Shown here piece by piece: positions 1-10,106 of a stretch of DNA of 38,014 bases. Source of the stretch: a virus (Duplodnaviria > Caudoviricetes); IMG/VR virus record IMGVR_UViG_3300035670_000623, positions 1 through 38,014 of that record; one strand, 5' to 3'. Positions within the stretch are counted from its first letter, which is position 1, and each line of letters starts with the position of its first letter. Under the pieces are notes generated by a model. It searched no databases, was not told the origin of the DNA, and worked only from the letters and a program-made list of their open reading frames with translations. The translations under genes were made by a program, and so were the position numbers.

Positions 1-127
1 CGATATAATTTAGGAAACTATATATGAGCGATACTGGAAGTATGACCCCGGAAGGGAATACACAGTTAGACGTTGGTGGTGCAGCTAACGCTATCTTGGG
101 ATTGATGGGCAGCGAGGAAGGCTCCGA
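1..127. repeat. 127-bp terminal direct repeat (copy 1), likely a circular-assembly overlap
   Basis: Identical to 37888-38014 and runs into the scaffold gene start. 127 is a common maximum assembler k-mer. Confidence 0.95.
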
Positions 128-1004
128 GCAGGAACAACCGGAAACGCAAGCCGAATCCAACGATAGCGAAGCCGAATCCGAGGAATACGAAGCGCAAGCA
201 GAGGATGAATCGGAGGTAGAACAAGATGAAGGCGAAGAAGAAGCCGAGGAGCCTCCTAAATACAGGGTGAAAGCCGCTGGTGAGGAAAAAGAGGTAACCC
301 TTGACGAGCTTATCAAGTCTTATCAACTTGGCACAGACTATACGAAGAAATCGCAAGCTGTAGCAGAAGAACGCAAAGCCGTAGAAGCAGAGAAGGCGCG
401 TATCGAGGAAGCTAGGTATCTGCGTGACCAATACGCAGAACGGTTGCAGGTGATTGAGCAAATGCTTAACCAGCAGCCGGAAACTGAGAATCTGGACTAT
501 CTGAAGGAAACTGACCCTATTGGGTACGCAGTTAAGGTTGCAGAGTTATCACAGCGGGAAAAGCAGTTAGCTCAAGTTCAGGCTGAACGACAGCGAATTG
601 CACAGCAGCAGGAGCAGGAACGTCAGGAGCAACTCGGTCAAGTAATACAGGCTGAAGCTCGTAAGCTGGCAGAGGCAATACCTGAATATGCTGATCCACA
701 GAAGGGTGAGGTAGCTCGGCGGGAACTGCGGGAGTTTGGTCAGAAGCTAGGATTCACAGAGCAGGAATTAGCGGGAATCTATGATTCTCGGCAGGTTCTA
801 ACGTTATGGAAGGCGATGCAGTACGACAAATTGCAGTCTGCAAAGCCTAGTATCACAAAGAAGGTTAACGAGGCTCCGAAGGTAATGAAATCGGGTGTTT
901 CTCAGCCTCGTGATGGTAACGACGAACTGCGAAAGTTAAAAGCGAAGGCTAAGCAGACCGGGAGGGTTGCTGATGCCGCTAGAGCATTTGAACGATTCTT
1001 ATGA
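24..1004 (+). CDS. Capsid scaffolding protein
   Basis: Lies between portal and capsid on the circle. Very acidic N-terminus, EVTLDELIKSYQ..DYTKKSQ motif, long coiled coil, basic C-terminus. Confidence 0.85.
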   Translation: MSDTGSMTPEGNTQLDVGGAANAILGLMGSEEGSEQEQPETQAESNDSEAESEEYEAQAEDESEVEQDEGEEEAEEPPKYRVKAAGEEKEVTLDELIKSYQLGTDYTKKSQAVAEERKAVEAEKARIEEARYLRDQYAERLQVIEQMLNQQPETENLDYLKETDPIGYAVKVAELSQREKQLAQVQAERQRIAQQQEQERQEQLGQVIQAEARKLAEAIPEYADPQKGEVARRELREFGQKLGFTEQELAGIYDSRQVLTLWKAMQYDKLQSAKPSITKKVNEAPKVMKSGVSQPRDGNDELRKLKAKAKQTGRVADAARAFERFL

Positions 1005-1015
1005 GGACTTAAATC

Positions 1016-1960
1016 ATGGCAACATTTACAGCACACAGCGCAATTGGTCAGCGCGAAGATTTGACCGACATCATCTATGACATCTCGCCAACTGAGACAC
1101 CATTCATGTCTTCGATTGGCAAGACTAAGGCTACTGCCGTTTATCACGAGTGGCAGACTGACTCGTTGGCTGCGGCTACTACAGCTAACGCTGCGATTGA
1201 AGGTGCAGACGCTTCATCGGCTACCCTGTCTCCTACCGTCCGTCTTGGTAACTACACCCAGATCATCCAGAAGACCGTTCAGGTTTCGGGTACTCTGGAC
1301 ACAGTAAACAAGGCTGGTCGTAAGTCGGAAAAGGCTTATCAGTTGGCTAAGGCATCGGCTGAACTGAAGCGCGATCTGGAAACCATCCTGTTGGCTAACC
1401 AAGGTCGTTCGGCTGGTTCGTCCACTATCGCTCGTAAGATGGGCTCGATCCTGTCGTGGATCAAGACTAACTCGGACAAGGCTTCTGACGGTTCCGATCC
1501 AGCAACTATCGGTGTTTCGACCCGTACTGACGGTACTGCTCGTACCTTCACTGAGGCTCTGCTGAAGACCGTTGTTTCCGAGGTGTTCGTATCGGGTGGT
1601 TCTCCGAAGATTCTGATGGTTGGTGCTGCTGGTAAGCAGAAGGTATCGTCGTTTGCTGGTATCGCTGCACAGCGTTACATGGCTCCGGGCAATACTCCGA
1701 CCACCATTATCGGTGCGGCTGACGTTTATATGTCGGACTTTGGCACGATGTCGGTTGTTCCTAACCGCTTCATGCGTACCCGCGATGCTCTGGTGCTTGA
1801 TCCTGAGTACGCAGCACTCGCTTACCTGCGTCCATTCCAGACCAATGATCTGGCTAAGACCGGCGACAGCGAGAACACTCAGATTCTTGCTGAAGTAACG
1901 CTCGAGGTTAAGAACGAAGCTGCTCATGGCGGAATTTTCGATCTTGATATGTCTCTGTAA
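1016..1960 (+). CDS. Major capsid protein (DUF5309/SU10-like, HK97 fold)
   Basis: REDLTDIIYDISPTETPF, HEWQTDSL and NYTQI motifs; strong RBS GAGGA; follows the scaffold gene. Confidence 0.9.
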   Translation: MATFTAHSAIGQREDLTDIIYDISPTETPFMSSIGKTKATAVYHEWQTDSLAAATTANAAIEGADASSATLSPTVRLGNYTQIIQKTVQVSGTLDTVNKAGRKSEKAYQLAKASAELKRDLETILLANQGRSAGSSTIARKMGSILSWIKTNSDKASDGSDPATIGVSTRTDGTARTFTEALLKTVVSEVFVSGGSPKILMVGAAGKQKVSSFAGIAAQRYMAPGNTPTTIIGAADVYMSDFGTMSVVPNRFMRTRDALVLDPEYAALAYLRPFQTNDLAKTGDSENTQILAEVTLEVKNEAAHGGIFDLDMSL

Positions 1961-1971
1961 TAAGTAGCAAA

Positions 1972-2033
1972 TAGCCCCTGCCTAACGGTGGGGGCTAACT
2001 ATAATAAGGAAAGCATTTTTGCTCTTGTTATAG
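1972..2033 (+). terminator. Tandem hairpins after the capsid gene (terminator or mRNA-stabilising element)
   Basis: TAGCCCCTGCC-TAAC-GGTGGGGGCTA (1972-1997), then a CTATAATAAG/CTTGTTATAG stem (1999-2033). No clear U-tract. Confidence 0.55.
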
Positions 2034-2054
2034 GAACACTAAAACAAGGAATTT

Positions 2055-2360
2055 ATGAGCAACCCGATACGGACTCAGACAGTACACGCAGACGGTGACG
2101 GTGGTATCGTCATCGAGACCAAGCAGGACATCACAGACATTCTTGAGGCTAATAGGCTACAAAGAGAGTTTGATAAGCAGAGGACAGGACATCTTAACGA
2201 ACTGCACCATATCGCTAAGATTCCATACACTGTGATTGATGACCTAAACCAACAAGGAATTATGCGAGGCTTTGCTGTCATAGATCAGGACAGATTCGCA
2301 CAGTTTCTTAATGGGACAGAGCTTGGTAATGCACTGAAAACGTATCGAGGGACTATATGA
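2055..2360 (+). CDS. Hypothetical phage protein downstream of capsid
   Basis: ORF with AAGGA RBS; ATGA overlap with the next gene. Confidence 0.7.
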   Translation: MSNPIRTQTVHADGDGGIVIETKQDITDILEANRLQREFDKQRTGHLNELHHIAKIPYTVIDDLNQQGIMRGFAVIDQDRFAQFLNGTELGNALKTYRGTI

Positions 2361-3010
2361 GAGTTGGTGTTTGTGTCCCATGCCGGGATGAGGTGCATAC
2401 TGGTTTTGCTTTTGACTTTGCGAGGATGGCGGCACACGATGCCTCTATTCGTTGCAAGGACGGTAAAGGTGGACTAAGCCTTTATACAATGCCGGGAACG
2501 CTGATATTTGACCAGCGTGAGAAGTTGGCAGAAGTGGCATTAGGTGAAGGATGTGACGCGCTATTGTTTATTGATAGCGATATGCGATTCCCGCATGACA
2601 TCATTACCATAATGTTAAGCAGGGAAGTGCCGATTGTTGGTGTAAATGCAACGACTAGGAGGAAGCCTGTAACGCCTACAGCCAAGATACTCACAAGGTA
2701 TATGGAGGGTGATACAGAGGTTCGTAAGTGGTCGAACATTGACTCTCGCGGCAAGGAAGGGATTGAGGAAGTTACAGCGGTTGGGTTTGGTGCTGTGATG
2801 ATCCGTAGAGAAGTGTTTGAGAAGACCGGAAGACCTTGGTTTGATGCTGGATGGGGTTCTAACGGTATATGTGGTGAGGATGTGTACTTCTGCGTCAAGG
2901 CTGGTTCTGAGGGCTTTCAGACGTATGTAGACCATGAATTATCGATGCACATCCGGCACATCGGCACTTACGAATACGGTTGGAAAGATTTTGAGCAGCT
3001 AGAGGAATAA
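2357..3010 (+). CDS. GT-A fold (family 2-like) glycosyltransferase
   Basis: N-terminal beta strand VGVCVP, DxD motif LFIDSDM, GFGAVMIRREVF, GEDVYFC. Confidence 0.75.
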   Translation: MRVGVCVPCRDEVHTGFAFDFARMAAHDASIRCKDGKGGLSLYTMPGTLIFDQREKLAEVALGEGCDALLFIDSDMRFPHDIITIMLSREVPIVGVNATTRRKPVTPTAKILTRYMEGDTEVRKWSNIDSRGKEGIEEVTAVGFGAVMIRREVFEKTGRPWFDAGWGSNGICGEDVYFCVKAGSEGFQTYVDHELSMHIRHIGTYEYGWKDFEQLEE

Positions 3011-3011
3011 C

Positions 3012-3632
3012 ATGAGTTTTGCGACCTATGGCGAGTTAAAAACAACGATAGCTAACTATCTGGCTCGTAGTGATCTGACTTCAGTTATTCCAGACTTTAT
3101 CCGTCTGGCTGAGACTAGGTTGCAGAGAGACCTAAGAATCCGTCAGATGTTGGTTGTAGCTACAGCAAGTACAACGGGTGGCGATTCAACACTTGGATTG
3201 CCTACCGACTTCTTAGAGATGAGGGATATTCATCTCAACACGACTCCGATTACTACGCTACGTTACAAGGCTCCGAACTCGTTTTATCAGGAGTCTAGGG
3301 TAACGGATGGCGGCAAGCCTGTTGATTACACTATTCTCGGTGCGGAGATGCAGTTAGCTCCGGTTCCAGATTCGTCTTATACGGCGCAGATGTTGTATTA
3401 CGCCAAGCCTCCTGTATTATCAGATTCGACAGCTAGTAACGTATTCTTGGCTTATGTGCCTGATGCGTTGCTATATGCGTCTTTGGCAGAGGCAGAGCCG
3501 TATTTGATGAATGATGCAAGGGTGCAGACTTGGGCTTCCTTGTATTCTAGGGCGATTGATTCTATCTCTACGTCCGACCAAGCAAGTGAGTATAGTGGTC
3601 AACCTATGTCTATGTCTTATAACGTGAGGTAA
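3012..3632 (+). CDS. Head-tail adaptor / tail tubular protein A-like
   Basis: Position after capsid; FIRLAETRLQRDLR, LPTDFLEMR and PDALLYASL motifs typical of podovirus adaptors. Confidence 0.7.
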   Translation: MSFATYGELKTTIANYLARSDLTSVIPDFIRLAETRLQRDLRIRQMLVVATASTTGGDSTLGLPTDFLEMRDIHLNTTPITTLRYKAPNSFYQESRVTDGGKPVDYTILGAEMQLAPVPDSSYTAQMLYYAKPPVLSDSTASNVFLAYVPDALLYASLAEAEPYLMNDARVQTWASLYSRAIDSISTSDQASEYSGQPMSMSYNVR

Positions 3633-3635
3633 ATC

Positions 3636-4022
3636 ATGGCTGAGATGTCAAATTATCTGGAGAATGCGCTAATTAACGCTACTCTCCGCAATACAAGCTA
3701 CACAAGCCCTGCTGCGGTTTATGTAGGTCTATACACTGATGATCCGGGTGAAGGCAATACGGGTACTGAGGTATCTGGTGGTTCCTACGCTCGTACAGCG
3801 GTAACGTTTGGTGCGCCTAGTAACGGTGTATCAACAAATAGTGCGTCAGTTACGTTCCCGACTGCTACTGGCACATGGGGTACTGTGACTCACGTTGGTA
3901 TTCTGGATGCGTCAACTAGCGGCAACCTGCTGTATTACACAGCCTTGGATGCGTCTAAGTCGATTGCTTCTGGTGACGTGTTCACGATCTCGACAGGCAA
4001 CCTTTCCGTAACTCTGGAGTAA
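3636..4022 (+). CDS. Virion structural protein (tail-associated)
   Basis: S/T/G-rich beta protein (SNYLENALIN, EVSGGSYAR, GNLLYY) in the structural operon. Confidence 0.65.
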   Translation: MAEMSNYLENALINATLRNTSYTSPAAVYVGLYTDDPGEGNTGTEVSGGSYARTAVTFGAPSNGVSTNSASVTFPTATGTWGTVTHVGILDASTSGNLLYYTALDASKSIASGDVFTISTGNLSVTLE

Positions 4023-4025
4023 TCT

Positions 4026-4880
4026 ATGGCACTCGTAATTGCTGACCGAGTTCGGGAAACGTCCACCACGACCGGCACAGGCACATTAACCTTGGACGGT
4101 GCAGTAACGGGCTTTCGTACTTTCGGATCGGCGATTGGCGATGGTAATACTTGCTATTACACAATTACTCTCGGTGCGGATTATGAGATTGGTCTCGGTA
4201 CTGTTGGAACGGGTACGTTAGCTCGTACTACGGTACTGAAATCATCTAACAGCAATAGTGCGGTTGATTTCGGTGCTGGCACTAAGGACGTATTCGTTAC
4301 TTATACGGCTGAGAAGTCGGTTTATAAGGACGCGAGTGGTAACGTCAATGCGCTAGGTACGATTAGCTCTGGCGTATGGAATGGTACTGAAATCACTGTT
4401 CCTTACGGTGGTACAGGCGTTGCTAGTTTGATAGGTATCGTTAAGGGTAACGGTCAGAGTGCTTTTTCTGCTGCTACTGCTGGTACGGATTACGTTAGCC
4501 CGACTGGTACTGAGACACTGACCAATAAGACGCTAACTGATCCAGCGATCATTGGGACGATCCTTGAGGACGTTTACACCATTACTGACGGTGCAGCGTT
4601 TGAGATTGACCCCGGCAACGGCTCGATTCAGTTGATTACTTTGGGTGCAAGCCGTACACCAAAGGCGACTAACTTTGCCAATGGTGAAGCGATTACCTTG
4701 ATGGTCGATGACGGTACTGCTTATGCCTTAACGTGGACAGATGCGACATTTGGTGGCTCTGGTGTTGTGTGGGAAACAGACTCCGGTTCTGCACCTACGC
4801 TGACTACGACAGGCTATACAACGATCGTGCTGTGGAAAGTTGGCGGTCAGGTTTACGGTGCGCGAGTGGGGAATAACTGA
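4026..4880 (+). CDS. Tail fibre / virion structural protein
   Basis: MALVIADRVRETSTTTGTG N-terminus, TLTNKTLT fibre motif, T/G rich. Confidence 0.65.
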   Translation: MALVIADRVRETSTTTGTGTLTLDGAVTGFRTFGSAIGDGNTCYYTITLGADYEIGLGTVGTGTLARTTVLKSSNSNSAVDFGAGTKDVFVTYTAEKSVYKDASGNVNALGTISSGVWNGTEITVPYGGTGVASLIGIVKGNGQSAFSAATAGTDYVSPTGTETLTNKTLTDPAIIGTILEDVYTITDGAAFEIDPGNGSIQLITLGASRTPKATNFANGEAITLMVDDGTAYALTWTDATFGGSGVVWETDSGSAPTLTTTGYTTIVLWKVGGQVYGARVGNN

Positions 4881-7480
4881 TGCTGGCTAATAAGCTCTTA
4901 GGTGCGTCACAGGCTGCTGTAGAGGCTAACTACGTTGATGACGTATTTTCAACGTATCTTTACACTGGTAATGGCTCTGCTCAGACCATCAACAACGGTA
5001 TCGCTCTTGGGGATGATTACGGCGGCAGCGTCTATTTTGATGGTACGGGGGATTATTTAAGAACTGCTAGTACGTCCGCAGTTGCTTTCGGCACTGGCGA
5101 TTTTACGTTAGAGGCATGGGTAAACCCCACAGCGACACCATCAACATACAGAGGAATTTTAGGTACTTACGATGGTTCAAGTGGAGTAATTATAGAAATA
5201 ATAAATGGGGTGTGGTGTTATTGGGCGGGAGTGCATACTTCTAGTGGGGTGACTGCTACGTTGGGTTCGTGGGCTCATGTTGCGCTAACACGAAGCGGCA
5301 CAACAATCAGGTTTTTTGTAAATGGGGCTCTAACCAATACGGAAACTGCTCACACGACAAATTACGGTTCTTCTCCGATTACCGTTGGCTCAATAGATAC
5401 TAGTGGCTCATTTGATTTCAACGGTTATATTTCAAATGCCCGAATTGTTAAGGGAACGGCAGTTTACACATCTGCATTTACGCCACCTACGTCACCATTA
5501 ACTGCAATCACAAACACTAGTTTCTTAACCTGCCAATCTCCAAACTTAACGACTGACAATTCATCTAGCGCACTCTCTATCACAGTAACAAACGCTATTG
5601 CTCAGAATGGTGGTGGTCCATTTACCGATTCGACAGCTAACAAAGGCGGTCTAGTTTGGCTCAAAGGTCGTTCTGGTGCTACTGACCATGCACTTTACGA
5701 TACTGCTCGCGGTGCAACATTTGACCTTGTATCTAACTCGTCTGCTGCACAGACAACACAATCAACTGGGCTAACTGCTTTCAATAGCAACGGATTTAGT
5801 CTAGGTGCGTTAGCAAAGCTAAATACAAACGCTGCTACCTACGCCTCATGGACATTCCGCAAGCAAGAAAAGTTCTTTGACGTAGTGACGTATACGGGCA
5901 CTGGAGCTAACCGAACGGTAGCTCATAACTTAGGTTCGGTTCCGGGGTGCATCATTGTCAAGAGCACAGATACGGCTACTAGTTGGACGGTCTATCACAG
6001 CAGTTTAGCAAACACTGAATACCTGATACTTAACACTACAACAGCTAAGCTTACGGGAACAGACCGCTGGAACAGCACGACACCGACCAGCACAGAGTTC
6101 AGTCTAGGCACTGCTACAACCGTTAACGCTTCTGGCGGAACTTACGTCGCCTACCTATTCGCTCACGACGCAGGTGGCTTTGGCGCGGCTGGTACGGACA
6201 ATGTGATTAGTTGTGGAAGCTATACGGGCAATGGTTCTGCGACAGGACCGACAATAACGCTTGGCTATGAGCCACAGTGGATTTTAATTAAAAGGTCTGT
6301 TGGCGGTACTGGTGGTTGGGTTCTTCACGACACGATGCGCGGTTTGCCAACGGGCGGGAATTCCAACTATTTGCAAGCAAACACAAGCGACGCAGAGGCT
6401 GCACCAGCAAATTATGTAGATGTAAACGCAACTGGCTTCCAATTAAAAACAACAGGTGTAAGCTGGAACGCATCTGGCTCTACCTACATCTACATCGCCA
6501 TCCGTCGCCCGATGAAAACGCCGACGAGTGGGACGGAGGTGTATGAAGGTACGGCGTATACAGGCAATGCCGCTACTGAACGGCAAATAGGTTCGACGGT
6601 TCTAATGGATATGCTTTTGCTGTCTTGTCGTAGCGCCGACTCTCAAGGTTGGACTACTTACGCGCACTATGTGTTTGATAGGTTGCGTGGCGATAGATGG
6701 TCATTGGCAACTACGTCTATATCCGTTGAATCTGGCGACTGGACGACCTATATAGATTTTGACAAAAACATAGGTTGGGATACCAGCTCAACTACAACAG
6801 ATCAAACTTATCTAAACAAAACAGGCTCAACATTTGTAAGCAATGTATTTAAGCGTGCTCCCGGCTTTTTTGATATTGTTTGCGATACAGGAACAAACGC
6901 AGCACACACGATTACGCATGGTCTAGGCGTAGTTCCTGAGTTGATGATTCGCAAGAAACGGAACTCAGCGACTAACTCAAATTGGGTTGTATGGCATACG
7001 TTGTTTAGTGGGACAGGCAACTACGTCTATCTTAATGCGACTACTGCCGCAACCTCTAACACAGCTCTTTGGACTACAACCCCACCGACATCGACTGTAT
7101 TTAGTGTTGGGACAGGTTCAAACACAAATAACACTGGCGACACTTACGTCACTTACCTATTTGCTACTGTTGCTGGCGTATCCAAAGTAGGCAGTTACAC
7201 AGGTACAGGAACAACGCAAACCATCAACTGTGGGTTTACGGCAGGAGCTAGGTTTGTGATGATTAAGCGTACAAGCTCATCAGGAGATTGGTACGTCTGG
7301 GATACAGCTAGAGGCATTATTAGTGGTAACGATCCTTACCTGCTTATGAACTCAACTGCGGCTGAAGTTACCAATACCGATTACATTGACCCTGCGAACT
7401 CTGGTTTTGAGATCAGCAGCACAGCACCAGTGCAAATTAACGGCAACGGTGAAACCTTCATCTATCTAGCTATTGCTTGA
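4880..7480 (+). CDS. Large tail fibre / receptor-binding protein with a ConA-like (LamG) lectin domain and repeated YTGxG modules
   Basis: LamG motifs DFTLEAWV, WAHVALTRSG, FNGYISNARI; repeated YTGNG/YTGTG...TYVAYLFA modules. Confidence 0.8.
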   Translation: MLANKLLGASQAAVEANYVDDVFSTYLYTGNGSAQTINNGIALGDDYGGSVYFDGTGDYLRTASTSAVAFGTGDFTLEAWVNPTATPSTYRGILGTYDGSSGVIIEIINGVWCYWAGVHTSSGVTATLGSWAHVALTRSGTTIRFFVNGALTNTETAHTTNYGSSPITVGSIDTSGSFDFNGYISNARIVKGTAVYTSAFTPPTSPLTAITNTSFLTCQSPNLTTDNSSSALSITVTNAIAQNGGGPFTDSTANKGGLVWLKGRSGATDHALYDTARGATFDLVSNSSAAQTTQSTGLTAFNSNGFSLGALAKLNTNAATYASWTFRKQEKFFDVVTYTGTGANRTVAHNLGSVPGCIIVKSTDTATSWTVYHSSLANTEYLILNTTTAKLTGTDRWNSTTPTSTEFSLGTATTVNASGGTYVAYLFAHDAGGFGAAGTDNVISCGSYTGNGSATGPTITLGYEPQWILIKRSVGGTGGWVLHDTMRGLPTGGNSNYLQANTSDAEAAPANYVDVNATGFQLKTTGVSWNASGSTYIYIAIRRPMKTPTSGTEVYEGTAYTGNAATERQIGSTVLMDMLLLSCRSADSQGWTTYAHYVFDRLRGDRWSLATTSISVESGDWTTYIDFDKNIGWDTSSTTTDQTYLNKTGSTFVSNVFKRAPGFFDIVCDTGTNAAHTITHGLGVVPELMIRKKRNSATNSNWVVWHTLFSGTGNYVYLNATTAATSNTALWTTTPPTSTVFSVGTGSNTNNTGDTYVTYLFATVAGVSKVGSYTGTGTTQTINCGFTAGARFVMIKRTSSSGDWYVWDTARGIISGNDPYLLMNSTAAEVTNTDYIDPANSGFEISSTAPVQINGNGETFIYLAIA

Positions 7481-7488
7481 GGACAATC

Positions 7489-7926
7489 ATGGAAATCAGA
7501 CTACGAACAGGGCAAGTGATGACAGAGAGCGAGTTTCGTGCTGCGCATCCGAATACCAGTTTTCCTCAACAGCTAACGGTTGAGCTACTCAATGGCTTTG
7601 ATGCTGATCCGGTATTAAATGGCGCACAAGCACAGCCAACGAGATACCAGACTGCTTACCGCGATGGTGTCGAGGAAATCAATGGACAGTGGTTTACTAA
7701 GTTCTCAGTTGCGGATATGGACGCTGAAGCCATTGCCTCTATTGATGCAAATCAGGCAAAATCTGTACGAGACGAAAGAAACCGTAAGCTGACTGCTTCT
7801 GATTGGACGCAAGTGGCTGATGCTCCGGTGGATCAAGCGGCTTGGGCTGCGTATCGTCAAGCCTTGCGTGATATTCCGTCACAAGAGGGTTTCCCTTGGG
7901 AAGTAACTTGGGCTGTGGAGCCTTAA
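7489..7926 (+). CDS. Tail fibre assembly chaperone-like protein
   Basis: C-terminal RNRKLTASDWTQVADAP..WAAYRQALRDIP motif. ATG at 7489 after GAGGA is preferred over TTG at 7477. Confidence 0.75.
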   Translation: MEIRLRTGQVMTESEFRAAHPNTSFPQQLTVELLNGFDADPVLNGAQAQPTRYQTAYRDGVEEINGQWFTKFSVADMDAEAIASIDANQAKSVRDERNRKLTASDWTQVADAPVDQAAWAAYRQALRDIPSQEGFPWEVTWAVEP

Positions 7927-8463
7927 ATGCTTGGATTCCTACCGTTATCTGCTGCTCCGTTATCAGAGGATAGTTTAAGTACGCTGGTAGCTGCTTCTGC
8001 TGCGGTTAGCGGTAGGGCTGTCGTAGCGGCTTCAGGTGGCGTTATTTACTCTGCCTCTGGTGCAATCCTTGGTCGGGCTGTTGTAACGGCTTACGAGGGC
8101 GCTATACAAGGCTCAGCATCGGTTACTGGTAGGGCTGTAGTCACTGCGCTAGGAGGCTATTCTAGGTCTGCTGTAGCGGCTATTGTAGGCACTGCGACGG
8201 TTACAGCGGCAGGTGGTTCGGCTAAGTTTGCGTCTGCTCAGATCGTTGGCGCAGGAACATTTACAGCGATAGCGAATAATGCTGTTTTGGCATCGGCTTC
8301 GGTTATCTCTGAGGCTGACGTTCGTTGCGTAGGTGGCGTAAGAAGATCAACGGCAACAGGGTCAATGACTACTAGGGCTGTGGTTACTGCTGAAGGCATG
8401 ATTTACGGTGAAGAATGGACGAAAGTTTCTCCGGTGAGTGATACATGGCAACGACAAGAATAA
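7927..8463 (+). CDS. Ala/Ser/Gly-rich virion protein
   Basis: Repetitive ASAxVxGRAVVTA beta-strand repeats in the structural operon. Confidence 0.6.
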   Translation: MLGFLPLSAAPLSEDSLSTLVAASAAVSGRAVVAASGGVIYSASGAILGRAVVTAYEGAIQGSASVTGRAVVTALGGYSRSAVAAIVGTATVTAAGGSAKFASAQIVGAGTFTAIANNAVLASASVISEADVRCVGGVRRSTATGSMTTRAVVTAEGMIYGEEWTKVSPVSDTWQRQE

Positions 8464-10106
8464 ACTTTGGTGAATGGCTACCGGATCAGCCGAGTATCAT
8501 TCAGGCGGTATCGGATGCAGTGAACTGTTATCCAGTTGCTAATGGTTATGCGCCTATTCCAAATATTGAGCCATATCCTAACGATGAGACTCAGGCTTCC
8601 GAGACTTTGCTAACTTGCTTTGGTGGTAAGTATGGCGGTCAGAATGTCTTGTTTGCGGCTAGTGCCTCAAAGATTTTCAAGTTTGATACGACGAATAACT
8701 CTTACGTTGATGTCAGCAAAAGCGGTGGTTATGCGGCTTTATCGTGGGATGTAACGCAGTTTGGCTCGGTAGTGATTGCTGCTGACGGTAATGCCAAGCT
8801 GCAGGCGTTTGATTTAGGCTCAAGCACGGCTTTTGCGGATTTGTCGGCTGATGCGCCTATTGCCAAGTTTGTCACAGTTGTCCGAGATTTCGTTGTAGCA
8901 GCTAACGTTGCTGGTGATGAATCTAAGGTTTATTGGTCTGACATCAATAACGAGCTTGTCTGGACTCCATCCTCGGCTGTTCAGGCTGATGCTCAGGTGC
9001 TTCCTGACGGTGGTGACATTACTGGTATCGCTGGTGGCGAATACGGGCTGATCTTCTTGGAAAAGGCAATCTACCGGATGACGTATGCTGGTAGTCCGTT
9101 CTTCTTCCAGTTTGACGCTATCTCTCGGTCTTTGGGATGTATCGCTAACGGCTCGATTGCTCAGTTATCAGGGATTACCTACTTCCTAGCGGACGATGGT
9201 TTCTATGCCTGTAACGGTCAGACAGTCACCCCGATTGGTGCTGAGAAGGTTGATCGTTGGTTCTTTGAGAATGTCTCGATTAGCAAAGTAACAAGTGAGA
9301 TGAGTGCAACGGTTGATCCTGTACGTTCGCTCATTATTTGGGTAGTGCCGACTGCCGCAGGTAACAAATTACTTATTTACAGCCAGAAGCTAAACCGCTG
9401 GTCTTATTCGACCATTAACGTTCAGTCGATCTCTTATGTGGTGACTTCCTCTGCTTCCCTAGAGGCATTGGATAAACTCTCGATTACTCCGGGAACGAAT
9501 ACGTTAGCAGGTACTTACACTCGTACAACTACGACTGTTACCGTAACGGCAAACAATCATGGGCTAAATACCAATGCCTATGTTTACTTTGATGCAACGT
9601 CTGGCGGTGCTGCTGACGGGTTTTATCAAATTACCAAGGTAGATGACAACAGTTTCACGTTTACTACGGTAGATTCAGGCACGATTACGACGAGCAACTG
9701 TACTTTATCGTTACCTTCCATTGATGCTGCATCGATTACGCTGGATGATCGTGCTTATGCAGGTGGAACTTGGTTCTTAGCAGCGGTTTTTGGTCAGAAA
9801 GTGTACGGATTTACGGGCGATTATGCTGAAGCCTCTGTTACGACGAACGATATAGACATTGGTAGGAGCTTAATGACTCTAGTTAAGCCGATTGTTGACA
9901 ATGGTAGCGGTGATGTAGCGGTATCTGGTCGAGTGTTGCTCCAAGATAACGTTACTTTTACGGATTATGCCTCGCCAGACTCGATTAATCGGGTGTCTGT
10001 GCGGTCTAGCGGTAATTATCACAGGGTAAAGGTACGTCCTACGGGTAGTAACTGGCGTACTGTGGTGGCTGTTGATGTCGATGTAACGAAAGCGGGTGAT
10101 CGATGA
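8445..10106 (+). CDS. Tail hub / packaged-DNA stabilisation protein (P22 gp10-like nozzle)
   Basis: FGEWLPDQP N-terminus, beta-propeller-like pattern, YFLADDGFY and IGAEKVDRWF motifs. Confidence 0.7.
   Translation: MATTRINFGEWLPDQPSIIQAVSDAVNCYPVANGYAPIPNIEPYPNDETQASETLLTCFGGKYGGQNVLFAASASKIFKFDTTNNSYVDVSKSGGYAALSWDVTQFGSVVIAADGNAKLQAFDLGSSTAFADLSADAPIAKFVTVVRDFVVAANVAGDESKVYWSDINNELVWTPSSAVQADAQVLPDGGDITGIAGGEYGLIFLEKAIYRMTYAGSPFFFQFDAISRSLGCIANGSIAQLSGITYFLADDGFYACNGQTVTPIGAEKVDRWFFENVSISKVTSEMSATVDPVRSLIIWVVPTAAGNKLLIYSQKLNRWSYSTINVQSISYVVTSSASLEALDKLSITPGTNTLAGTYTRTTTTVTVTANNHGLNTNAYVYFDATSGGAADGFYQITKVDDNSFTFTTVDSGTITTSNCTLSLPSIDAASITLDDRAYAGGTWFLAAVFGQKVYGFTGDYAEASVTTNDIDIGRSLMTLVKPIVDNGSGDVAVSGRVLLQDNVTFTDYASPDSINRVSVRSSGNYHRVKVRPTGSNWRTVVAVDVDVTKAGDR

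Noticed and set aside
4880-7480. Diversity-generating retroelement target/template repeats
   Set aside because: There is no reverse transcriptase, and the repeats are diverged protein-level modules rather than near-identical adenine-variable DNA copies.
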